Positions 37,910 through 48,500 of a DNA stretch of 50,180 bases are shown here, piece by piece. The DNA comes from Verrucomicrobiales bacterium. GTDB lineage: Bacteria; Verrucomicrobiota; Verrucomicrobiia; Limisphaerales; JAQGOV01. The stretch's first letter is position 1, and each line of letters starts with the position of its first letter. The translations under genes were made by a program, and so were the position numbers. A model generated the notes under the pieces. It was not told the DNA's origin, searched no databases, and saw nothing but the letters and a program-made list of their open reading frames with translations. The DNA lies in contig JAQGOV010000298.1 of assembly GCA_028293425.1 (NCBI GenBank), positions 1 to 50,180 of the forward strand, in the 5' to 3' direction.

Positions 37910-38695
37910 TCAGGCCCGCAGCCGATGCGAGACATCCCTGATGACACCAACAACGCCTACCGTTTCATCGTTGCGCTTCAAAGGGGAAAGGGAAATCTCC
38001 ACTGGTATGGGTTTTCCGTTTTCACTCAAAATACCTATCTGAATCAACTGAGCGTTTTCGAGATAAGCCTTCCTATGAAAGTAAGTGACGAAATCTGCTG
38101 CGTCCTTCTGTTCCAGCAAGGGGAGAAATGATTTTCCGATCCACGCATCGCACTTGTGCCCGGTTAGCCTTTCAAAAGAGAGATTGAGCGACGTGATCGT
38201 GCCCTTGTTGTCGATGGAGGCGATAATCTCGCGGGCTGCCTCGATCATCAGCCGATAGCGTTCTTCGCTTTCCTTGAGCAAACGCTTCTCGCTTTCCAAC
38301 TGCACCGTTTTCAAAAAGAGATTGGTGTAAACGGTAACCTTGGCCTTGAGCACCTCTGGATCAAACGGTTTCCCGAGATAATCCTGGGCGCCAGCCGCAT
38401 AGCCTTGCCTAACGGCAGGTTCCTCGCGGAAATGCGCGGTGATAAAGATAATGGGGATTTCACGCGTTCTGGGATTGGAACGAATTCTCCGGGCCACTTC
38501 ATATCCGTCCATTTCCGGCATTTGAATGTCGAGAAGGATGAGCGCGACATCCTCGGTTTCCAAAACTTTCAAAGCCGCGGGCCCGGAGCCAGCCTCGATG
38601 AGATGGTAAACGGGGTCAGACAAAACCGCACTGAGGGCCAGCAGGTTGGCGGGATAGTCATCCACCACGAGGATATTAATTTTGAAGCCAGACAT
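37910..38695 (-). CDS. Response regulator receiver + PAS domain protein (no output domain)
   Basis: ILVVDD, LLDIQMPEMDG, IIFITA, DYLGKPF; ESEERYR linker; PAS/PAC ending IRDVS. Confidence 0.85.
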   Translation of the reverse strand: MSGFKINILVVDDYPANLLALSAVLSDPVYHLIEAGSGPAALKVLETEDVALILLDIQMPEMDGYEVARRIRSNPRTREIPIIFITAHFREEPAVRQGYAAGAQDYLGKPFDPEVLKAKVTVYTNLFLKTVQLESEKRLLKESEERYRLMIEAAREIIASIDNKGTITSLNLSFERLTGHKCDAWIGKSFLPLLEQKDAADFVTYFHRKAYLENAQLIQIGILSENGKPIPVEISLSPLKRNDETVGVVGVIRDVSHRLRA

Positions 38696-38932
38696 ATTCC
38701 GTATAAGTTAATTTTCCCTCTTTCGGCAGAAATGCCACTGGTTTTTGTGGGGTGGGGTTTTTCCGAGTGAATGCTGACTCTGCTCGGTTCCGGATTTCGC
38801 ACCGAACGCCAAACATTCCCAAAATGTTTTTTTGCGTTGGAGATTGACGCCACCCAACGATTCTCCTTAGCATTAATTGAGTTTCTGTTGTAAACCCAAG
38901 AAACACCATTCAGTCGTACTCATTTGTTATTC

Positions 38933-41900
38933 ATGAAAGTATCGCTCCGACTTCGTTGTCAGGCACTTGCCCTTTTAAGCCTTTTCGTTGTCTCCGCGCA
39001 GGCGCAGACCATCACAAACCCTAGCTTTGAAACTGACACTTTCACTGTATCCCCCGGCTACGTGAGTGGAAATGCTCCGATCACCGGCTGGTCGGTTGGT
39101 GACCCGGCCCGGGCCGGGATCAATCCTGGCGGCGGCAGTCCGTTCGCCGACAACGGCACGATCCCAGCCGGGAGCCAGGTCGCTTTCCTTCAAAACAGCG
39201 CCAACAGCTCCTTGAGCACCGTGATCAGCGGGCTGACCATCGGGGTTACCTATAAAGTGAGCTTTCGGGTCAACGCGCGCAACGGCAATACGGCCAATTT
39301 AAAGGTGGACATTGATGCCAATAACATCATGAACACTGCAGTCACTTCGGTCGGCGGGGCGAATGCCTATAAGTATTTTGCTTTTGATTTCACTGCCAGC
39401 GACGTTGCCCAAACGCTGAAATTGCGCAATGACGCAGGAGGAGACAACACCTTGTTGGTCGATGATTTCAGCATCGCCCAAAGCCATAGCGGGTGGTCTT
39501 ACGCAGCCTGGAACGACGATGCCAGCTCCGGCGTGGACGGCACCAAGACCTACACGCATGCCTTCAACTTCGGCAGTTCGGTCGGCACAACGATAAACGG
39601 AATTCCTTTCGCCGGCGTGGCTGGCGGCAACCCCGGCGGCGCCACTTTCTCCACCACTGGCCTTGGCAACGTTTTCATTAACGATGGGAATAATGTTTCG
39701 GGCGGAAGCCGGGCCATGGCGAACGACTTCGTCTATAACGGATTCCCGGCCACCATAACGATCAATGGCTTAATCCCAGGGGCCGAATACGTGGCCACGA
39801 TCTACTCCGTCGGCTGGGAGGATGATGGCACGCGCGGCGCAACTTTCAGCGTCGGAAATGATCGGCTGACTGTAAGCCAGGACCAATTTGGCGATAACAA
39901 CGGCATTCGGTTTATCTACCGCTACATTGCCACCGGCAGTTCTGTCACTCTTACCTATACTCCCCTGAGCGGGAATTCGATTCATACCTACGGATTCAGC
40001 AATTACCAACTGGCCGCTCCTCCGACCGCGCCGTCCATTGTTACGGACCCGAAGAGCCGTTTCGTCAGTGAGGGGCAGCCCTTCACCTTGGCCAGCGGTG
40101 CATCGGGTTTTCCGCTTCCGACCTATCACTGGCAAAAGAATGGCCAGGACGTGCCGGGGGCCACTACCAGCACCTTGACGATCGGGGCGGCGACTCCAAA
40201 CGATGCAGGTGGTTACACGCTCATTGCTGACAATACGGGCGGCTCGGCGACCAGTGCTGTGGCCGTGGTGAAAGTTGGTTTTCGTCTCGTGAACCCGAGC
40301 TTCGAGGACGATAACTTCACCGTCGCTCCAGGTTATGTCTCAGGCAATGGGCCGATCACCGGTTGGGCCTCTCTCGGCAATCATGGCATCAATCCTGGCG
40401 GCGGCAGTCCGTTCGCCGATAACGGCGCCATCCCTGACCGCACCCACGTCGGCTTTATGCAAGGGGACGGAGCCATGAGCCAGATGGTCAGCGGGTTTAC
40501 CCCGGGGCGGCAATATTATGTAGTTTATTCCGAAAACGCCCGCAGCGGCGGCGTACCTGCCCTGGCGGTTAAGATGGGTGATTCGCTCATCGTGCCTCAG
40601 CACTCCCGGGCTCCGGTGGGCGGCGGGAACCCTTATGTGGAAGTTGCCAGCGATCCATTCATTGCAGACTCGGACACGCTGCAACTGAGCTTCATCAAGA
40701 GCAATCCAAACGGTGGAGACACCACCATGTTGATTGATAATGTCTGCGTGCTGGCGCTCCCGGAAGGAACCTCACCCAGCGTCTTACGCGCGCCGCAATC
40801 CCAAATTGTCAGCGTAGGCCAGAGCGCCACTTTCAGCGCCGGTGGCTTCGGCTCCCTCCCGCTTGATTATCAGTGGCAAAAGAATGGCGTAAATATTCCC
40901 GGCGCCACTGGAACCACCTTAAGTTTTAATAACATTTCTAAATCGGCCGATGCCGCTTACACCGTCGTGATTCATAACGACTCCGGTTCCGTGACCAGCG
41001 CCGTCGCAAGACTGACCGTCTGGGAGCCCATTCCGGGCCTGTTCAACACCGGACTGGACACCAACGGCGTCGCTTTGGCAGACAACCTGGTGGATCCTCA
41101 TTACCGATTGACCACCAACCCTGACGGCGGATCTCCGGACGCCATTGTGGAAGACTCGACGGCTTTCCCGATTGTTGGGGGACCATGGCTCGGCAACACC
41201 GCCTCCTCCAAGTGGATTGGACCGAAGTTGAACACGGGTGCGAGCCCCATCGGCATTTACACCTATCGCATGACGTTCAACCTCACCAACCGCGATCCGA
41301 ATACTGTAGTGATTCAGGGCCAATGGGCTACGGATAACTCAGGTCGCCAGATTTTGGTGAACGGCGTCGCGACCGGAAATCCTCAAAGCACCGTGTTCTC
41401 AACCTACACTTCCTTCAACATCTCAACCTCCAATGCCGCTTTCCTGCCCGGTGACAACACCATCGATTTTGTCGTCGAGAACGAAGCCACTGCCGGTTAT
41501 ACCGGTGTGCGAATAGAGTTCGTTGCCAGCAATGCGCGGATCCTCCCGAATATTCCGCCGAGCATCACCCTTCAGCCGGTCAGTCAAACCTCGGTGGTGG
41601 AGAGTAATAGCGTGACGTTTAACGTCGTCGCCACTGGTAGCGACCCGCTCGCTTACCAATGGCGCAAAAACGGTACGCCTATCCTTGGCGCAACCAACGT
41701 TTCCTTCACCATCGCCTCCGCTACCACAAACGACAACGCTGCCTATACAGTCAGGGTCGTCAACGGTTCCGGACAGGCCATCAGCGACCCAGCTCAACTG
41801 GCGGTGGTTTATCGCCGTGTGCCCGGCATTTTCAGCACTGGCGTCAACGAGGACCTCACACTGGCCCCGGATAGCTCCACCGACCTCCACTGGATCATTG

Positions 41901-42523
41901 GGAGCAGCGCCGATCCTGTCAGTACGGGCCCGGATGCTATTGTGATCGACTCCGCCAATTCCCCGGTGCCCCCATGGATTTCAGTGGGTCCCAAGTCCAA
42001 GTGGATCGCTCCGCAATCCAATCAAAATATTGGCAATGCCGAAGGTAGCTATACTTATCAGACGTTCTTTGATCTGACGGGTGTTGACCTTTGCACATTC
42101 CGTCTCACCGGCCAGCTCGCGGTGGACAACAGCGTGGTGGACATCCTGGTTAACGGTGTTTCCCAGGGAGTGAACGGCGGAGCCTTTGCGGGGTGGCTGC
42201 CCTTCACGCTGAGCACTGGTTTTGTGACCGGCTTGAACAGCGTGGATTTTATTGTGAGCAATTCGCCCACCACACCGAATCCAACCGGCCTGCGGGTCGA
42301 CCTGGATGGCCTGGTCAGAATCGGCGGAGCTCTGCCGGCCAAGCTGGCGATTACCCGCACCGCGCCGGATACGTTGACTGTGACCTGGACCCCGACCAGC
42401 CAGTGCGACAAATTGCAGGCAACGACCGATGTGACTGGCGGCTGGACCACGATTCGCACCACCAGTCCCGCTGTTATCTATACTACCAACGCTCCGGCAT
42501 TGTTCCTGCGCGTGACCCAGTAA
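38933..42523 (+). CDS. Large secreted protein with three Ig-like domains and two pairs of duplicated beta-sandwich domains
   Basis: Signal peptide (AQA). Ig motifs P.I…P…Y.W.KNG..I/VPGAT…D…Y x3. NPSFE…PFADNG domain x2; PG.F.TG…SKWI domain x2. Confidence 0.8.
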   Translation: MKVSLRLRCQALALLSLFVVSAQAQTITNPSFETDTFTVSPGYVSGNAPITGWSVGDPARAGINPGGGSPFADNGTIPAGSQVAFLQNSANSSLSTVISGLTIGVTYKVSFRVNARNGNTANLKVDIDANNIMNTAVTSVGGANAYKYFAFDFTASDVAQTLKLRNDAGGDNTLLVDDFSIAQSHSGWSYAAWNDDASSGVDGTKTYTHAFNFGSSVGTTINGIPFAGVAGGNPGGATFSTTGLGNVFINDGNNVSGGSRAMANDFVYNGFPATITINGLIPGAEYVATIYSVGWEDDGTRGATFSVGNDRLTVSQDQFGDNNGIRFIYRYIATGSSVTLTYTPLSGNSIHTYGFSNYQLAAPPTAPSIVTDPKSRFVSEGQPFTLASGASGFPLPTYHWQKNGQDVPGATTSTLTIGAATPNDAGGYTLIADNTGGSATSAVAVVKVGFRLVNPSFEDDNFTVAPGYVSGNGPITGWASLGNHGINPGGGSPFADNGAIPDRTHVGFMQGDGAMSQMVSGFTPGRQYYVVYSENARSGGVPALAVKMGDSLIVPQHSRAPVGGGNPYVEVASDPFIADSDTLQLSFIKSNPNGGDTTMLIDNVCVLALPEGTSPSVLRAPQSQIVSVGQSATFSAGGFGSLPLDYQWQKNGVNIPGATGTTLSFNNISKSADAAYTVVIHNDSGSVTSAVARLTVWEPIPGLFNTGLDTNGVALADNLVDPHYRLTTNPDGGSPDAIVEDSTAFPIVGGPWLGNTASSKWIGPKLNTGASPIGIYTYRMTFNLTNRDPNTVVIQGQWATDNSGRQILVNGVATGNPQSTVFSTYTSFNISTSNAAFLPGDNTIDFVVENEATAGYTGVRIEFVASNARILPNIPPSITLQPVSQTSVVESNSVTFNVVATGSDPLAYQWRKNGTPILGATNVSFTIASATTNDNAAYTVRVVNGSGQAISDPAQLAVVYRRVPGIFSTGVNEDLTLAPDSSTDLHWIIGSSADPVSTGPDAIVIDSANSPVPPWISVGPKSKWIAPQSNQNIGNAEGSYTYQTFFDLTGVDLCTFRLTGQLAVDNSVVDILVNGVSQGVNGGAFAGWLPFTLSTGFVTGLNSVDFIVSNSPTTPNPTGLRVDLDGLVRIGGALPAKLAITRTAPDTLTVTWTPTSQCDKLQATTDVTGGWTTIRTTSPAVIYTTNAPALFLRVTQ

Positions 42524-42540
42524 TCGTTTATTTTTGATTC

Positions 42541-42576
42541 AGGGAGACCGGGGGCTTGGGTTCCCGGTCTCTTTTT
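42541..42576 (+). terminator. Terminator-like hairpin between the two giant surface-protein genes
   Basis: agggagaccggg…cccggtctcttt + T tract. Confidence 0.75.
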
Positions 42577-42580
42577 GCTT

Positions 42581-45500
42581 ATGAAGTATCTTTTTGTATT
42601 GCTGGCCGTTTCAACTTTCCTCGTCGCGCCCAACACACGTGCCGACAGCACCGTGGTATTCAACGAGGTGATGTACCATCCCAACGCCACCAACGAGGCA
42701 TCGCTCGAATGGCTGGAATTGCACAACCAAATGGCGGTGGACATGGACATCTCGGGCTGGTCTTTACAAGGCGGGGTGCAGTTCAACTTCCCGGAAGGCA
42801 CGGTCATAGGCGGCGGCAAGTATCTGGTGGTTGCAGCCTCCCCTGCGACGCTTACCGCAGCCACGGGCGTGGCCAACGTGGTGGGGCCCTTCATCGGCCA
42901 ATTGTCCAACGCGGGTGCCCTGGTGGAACTCAGAAACAACAACCAGCGGCTCATGGACAGCCTGCAATATGGGGTGGAGGATGAGTGGCCCGTGGCGGCG
43001 GATGGAGCAGGCCCTTCGCTGGTGAAAACGAACCGATTTAGCGGGAGTGCCCTGGCATCCAGCTGGCGGGCCAGCTCTCAAGTGGGCGGCACGCCTGGAA
43101 CGGCCAACTTTCCCACCACCCAGCCCACTACCACCAAAACGAATCTCCTCCCGATTAGCGCCACCTGGCGCTACGACCAATCCGGCACCGACCTGGGCAC
43201 TGTCTGGACCGCCCCGGGTTTCAACGATAGCGCCTGGCCCAGCGGGCCTGGATTGCTGGCCGTCGAAGATTGCAACTGCCTCCCCGAGCCCATCCGCACC
43301 ACGCTTACCCTCGGCCGGACGACCTATTATTTCCGCACCGCATTCAATTACGCCGGTGATCCATCGAGTGCTTCCCTGCAGTTGAGCCATGTGATCGATG
43401 ATGGCGCGGTGGTTTATTTGAACGGGGTCGAGATTTGGCGCATTGGGCTGGCGGCCGGTCCCGTTACCTATGGCACCTTCGCTTCTCGTTTAGTGACGGA
43501 CGGAGTCTACGAGGGGCCGTTCACCGTGCCGGCAACATCCCTGGTGCAAGGCACAAATGTTCTCGCGGTGGAGGTGCACCAAAACGGCGCCACCAGTTCG
43601 GATATTACTTTTGGGCTCGCGCTGGATGAGTCGCACACGGTCGGGGGAATGACCGGAAGTTCCGCGGCGATGCTCCCACTGGTCCTGAACGAGCTCGAGT
43701 CCGCCACCAATTCCAATTTCTGGCTCGAACTTTTCAACTACGGCTCGACCAATCTGTCGCTGGATGGTTTTTCCATTGTCCGGCTCGGGGGAGCTTACCG
43801 GGAGTTTGCTTTGACGGGCGCGTCGGTGCCCCCAGGCGGGTTTTTGATCCTGCCAAAGGCCACCCTCGGCTTTGGAGTGGGCACGGGTGACAAGCTCGTG
43901 CTCTACGGCCCGGGTAAAACCACTGTCCTGGACGCCGTGGTGGCCAAACGCACGGGGCGCTCCCGGTTGCCCAACGGAACCGGCCCATGGCTCGTGACCA
44001 CCGAACCGAGCCCCGGCGCGTCGAATGTTGTCGCGTTGAATAATGCCGTGGTGGTCAACGAGATCATGTATGACCATACTCCTTTAACCGCCACTCCCGC
44101 CGTTTACACCTCCACGAACCTCCTGGTTGCCATGACCAACCTCTGGCTTTATAACCAACAGGGCCTGGACCTCGGCACGGGCTGGCGCCAGGGAGATTAC
44201 AATGATGCGGGCTGGCTCTCCGGGCGCGCTCTGCATTATGTCAGCACAGCCACTTTACCCGCAGCCAAGAATACCCCGCTCAGCGTCACCAACGCCTCTG
44301 GCACTCGCCTCATTACCTGGTACTTTCGCACTCCGTTTGTTTTCACCGGGGACGTGGCCAGCGCTGAATTGGTCTTGCGTACCATCATTGATGACGGTGC
44401 GGTCTTTTACCTGAATGGTGCGGAAGTCTACCGGCAGAATATGCCAGCGGGAGCGGTCGCTTATAGCACTTTCGCCAGCGCGGGCGTTGCCACCCCTGGG
44501 TTGACCGGACCTGTCATCGTCCCCACAACTACCCTGGTCAATGGCACCAATTGGCTGACGGCCGAAGTGCATCAGTTTAGCACCAATGGTTTGCTCTTCA
44601 GCCTGGACGTAGTGTTCGGAGCGGAACTGAGCGCCAAATCCCTGATTTCTCCCGCGCAGCCGACCCGTGAATCCCCGGAGTCCTGGATCGAGTTGTATAA
44701 CCGGAGCAGCAACGCCGTTTCGCTCAGTGGCTGGAAACTTCGCGATGCCATCAATTTCGACTTTGCCACAAACCAAACGATCGCCGCGGGAGGTTACCTT
44801 GTGATCGCGAAAGATCCCGCTTTCATGCAGGCGCAGTATCCCGGTCTGAATGTGCTCGGGCCTTTCAGCAAATCTCTCTCCCATAACAACGACCAGATTC
44901 GGCTCGATGATGCCCTGGGCAATCCAGCCGATGCCGTGCACTATTATTCAGCCGGACGCTGGCCACGCCTGGCCCACGCCGGTGGCTCATCCCTCGAACT
45001 GCGTGATCCGCAGGCAGACAACAGCACGGCGGAGGCCTGGGCCGCGAGTGATGAAAGCGGCAAATCCACTTGGGCCACCTACACCTATCGTGGTGTGGCG
45101 GCCGCTGAAACCGCTCCCAGTCCCACCACCTGGAAGGAGTTTGTGCTGGGCATGCTCGACGCTGGTGAGGTGCTTCTGGACGACATTAGCGTCATCGACT
45201 CTCCCTCCGGCGCGGCGACTCAATTAATTCAGAACGGAAATTTCGAGAACGGCTTGACCGGTTGGCGCCTGCTCGGCAATCACAAAGGCAGCATCGTGAC
45301 GGACCCGGCCAACCCGGGCAACCACGTGCTGCGTCTGGTCGCCACCGGCTCTACCGACCACATGCACAATCACGCGGAGATCACGCTTGCGGGTGGAGCT
45401 TCGATTGTGAACGGGCGCGAATACGAAATCTCTTTCCGCGCCAAATGGCAGGGGGGAAACAATGCGCTGCTCACCCGCCTTTACTTCAACCGCCTGCCGC

Positions 45501-48500
45501 GAGTGACCCAACTGCCGATCCCCGCGCTCAGCGGCACTCCCGGCGCGAGGAATTCCCGCTTCGTGGCCAACTTGGGCCCCACCTATACTGATTTCAGCCA
45601 CACGCCTACCGTCCCTTCGCCCAATGCCGCCATCACTGTCAGTGTAACGCCCAGCGACCCGCAGGGCGTGACCAATGTAACGCTCTTCTGGTCGGCCAAT
45701 GGTGGCACCTGGAATACAGCCCCTATGGTTGCGCAGGCGAGCGGAGCCTTTCTCGGCACGGTGCCTGGCCAGACCGCGGGTACTCTGGTCCAGTTCTATG
45801 TGGAAGGGGCGGATTCGCTCGGGGCCAGGACCACTTTTCCGGCAGACGGCGCCAATTCCCGCGCCTTATTCCGGGTCAATGATAATGCCGCGATTTTCGA
45901 CGTCTTGCACAACCTCCGCATCCTGATGACACCGGCGGACACGGCCCTGCTCCATGCGCCCACGAACGTCATGAGCAACGACGGCCTCGGGGCTACGATC
46001 GTTTACAACGAAGAGCAGGTCTTCTATGACATCAACCTCCACCTCCAGGGCAGCGAACGTGGACGCAACGACAGCAGCCGGGTCGGTTTCACATTCAGCT
46101 TCCAGCCGGATAACCTTTTCCGTGGTGTGCATGAGGGTATGTCGATCGATCGTTCGGGCGGTTACTCAGGGCTCGGCGGAAAACACGACGAAATTTTGCT
46201 GAAACACATGGTCATGCACGCGGGAGGGCTTCCCGGGATGTATGATGATCTGATCCATGTCATGGCCCCGCGAGCCCAGGACAACTCCACCGGCCTGCTT
46301 CTCCTGGCCAAGTACGGAAATGTCTTCCTCGATAGCCAATATACGAATGGAAATAATGGAGACCTTTTCAAGCTGGAGCTGATTTATTCTCCCACCACCA
46401 CCTCGGACGGTACTCCTACCGGCTACAAGCTGCCGCAGCCGGATGATGTCGTGGGCGTTGATTTTCAGGATTTGGGCTCGGATCAGGAATCCTATCGCTG
46501 GAATTACCTGAAGGAGAACAATCAGAGCGGCGATCGCTGGGATCAAATGATCACAGTGGCGAAAATGTTCGGCCTGCCGGCCGGGAGCATCGATGCGCCT
46601 TCGCGCAGATTGATTGATGTCAACGAATGGTGCCGTGCCTTCGCCATCGAGTCGCTCTTCGGCGTCGGTGACAGTTACGGCTTTGGGCTCGGCCACAACT
46701 TCATGCTTTATTTCCGTCCTTCGGATAGCCGGGCTCTCGCGTTTCCCTGGGATATGGACTTTAGTTTTACCCAGTCCGCCACTGCCCCGTTGCTGCCCAG
46801 CGCAAATGTCACCAAAGTATTGAGCCTGCCAGCCAACCAGCGCCTGTATTACAGCCACCTTTATGATTTGATCAACACCACTTACAATCTCACCTATGCT
46901 ACCCGCTGGGGGAATCATTTCTCTGGATTGTTGGGACAGACCTGGTCGGGTGCGATCAACTATATCGGTGCGCGCGCAAGCTTCGTGCTGAGCCAATTGC
47001 CCACCGCCACCGCTTTTGCCCTCACCAGCAACGGAGGCAATGATTTCACGGTGACTAACAACCTCGTGCAGCTCACCGGAACTGCACCCATCCGAGTCGA
47101 GTTCATCGAGATCAATGGCATCCGTTACCCCATCACCTGGACGAGCACCACAGCCTGGTCCATTTTCGTGCCGGTGGACGCCGGGACAAACCTGCTTTCC
47201 CTCCAGGCAATTGATCGTTATGACCACGTGCTCACCAACGTCACGGACACCATCAAAGTAGTGAACAACGGCCAGGTGCCGTCGCCGCTGGGGTATGTGG
47301 TCATCAACGAAATTCATTATCACGCCACGAATTCAGGCGGCAGTTTTGTGGAATTGCACAATACGCATCCGAGCGTGGCATTCGATCTATCGAACTGGCG
47401 GTTGGAGGGTGTCGATTTCACTTTCCCCGAAGGTTCACTGATTTTGCCTGGCGGCTTTTTCGTCGTAGCCAGCGATACGAATGTGTATTCGCTCACTTAC
47501 TCGGCAGCGCCCCTCCCGGGCGGCCAATACAATGGAACGCTCCAAAACAATGGCGAAATTTTGAAACTGCTGCGGCCGATCGCCACAAACTTGAACGAAA
47601 TGATTGATGCCGTCCGCTACAGCGATCAAGCGCCCTGGCCCACAAACGCGGATGGATTTGGCGCATCTTTGCAAGTGGTGGATCCCACCCAGGAACGCTC
47701 GCGGGTGGCGAATTGGGCCGGCGCGGCTCCTACCCCCGGCGCTACCAATCTGGTGCGGGCCGCTCTCGGAGCTTTCCCCTCGCTCTGGCTGAATGAATTG
47801 CTCGTCTTTAATACCAATGGCGTAGCGGACAACTTTGCCGAGCGTGAGCCATGGATTGAAATCTTCAACCAGGGCGGCAACGTTGTGAACTTGGCCGGCC
47901 TGTTCCTGAGTGACGACCCGAACACCCCGCTCAAATGGCCCTTCCCAGCAGGGAGCGCTCTCGCTCCGGGTGAATTCCGCATCATCTGGGCGGATGGCGA
48001 GCCGGGCGAATCGGCCGGCGCAAATCTCCACACCAGTTTCCGCCTGACCAACTCCTCGGGAACGATCATCCTCTCCAGGACCAACGCCGGCAGTGTTCAG
48101 GTGCTCGATTACGTGGAGTATTTTGGCCTAACCCAGAATCGTGCATTTGGTTCGTGGCCCGACGGGCAAGCGATTGACCGCCAAATCTTCCTCTACTCGA
48201 CTCCGGGCGCTCCCAATAATCCGGCAAGCGCTCCAGTTCCGGTGCTGATTAGCGAATTCATGGCCGACAACGCCGCACCCGGTGGCTTGCGCGATCCCGT
48301 GGACGGCCTGTATCAGGATTGGGTCGAGCTTTATAATCCAAATACAAATGCGTTTGATTTATCCGGCTACTTCCTGAGCGACACACTCGCCCAGCCGAAA
48401 TTTCAGATCCCTCTGAACACTGTGATCGGGGCCCATGGGTTCCTGCTCGTTTGGGCCGACAACCAGCCCGAGCAGAACGGGCTCAGCCCATTCGGCGACC

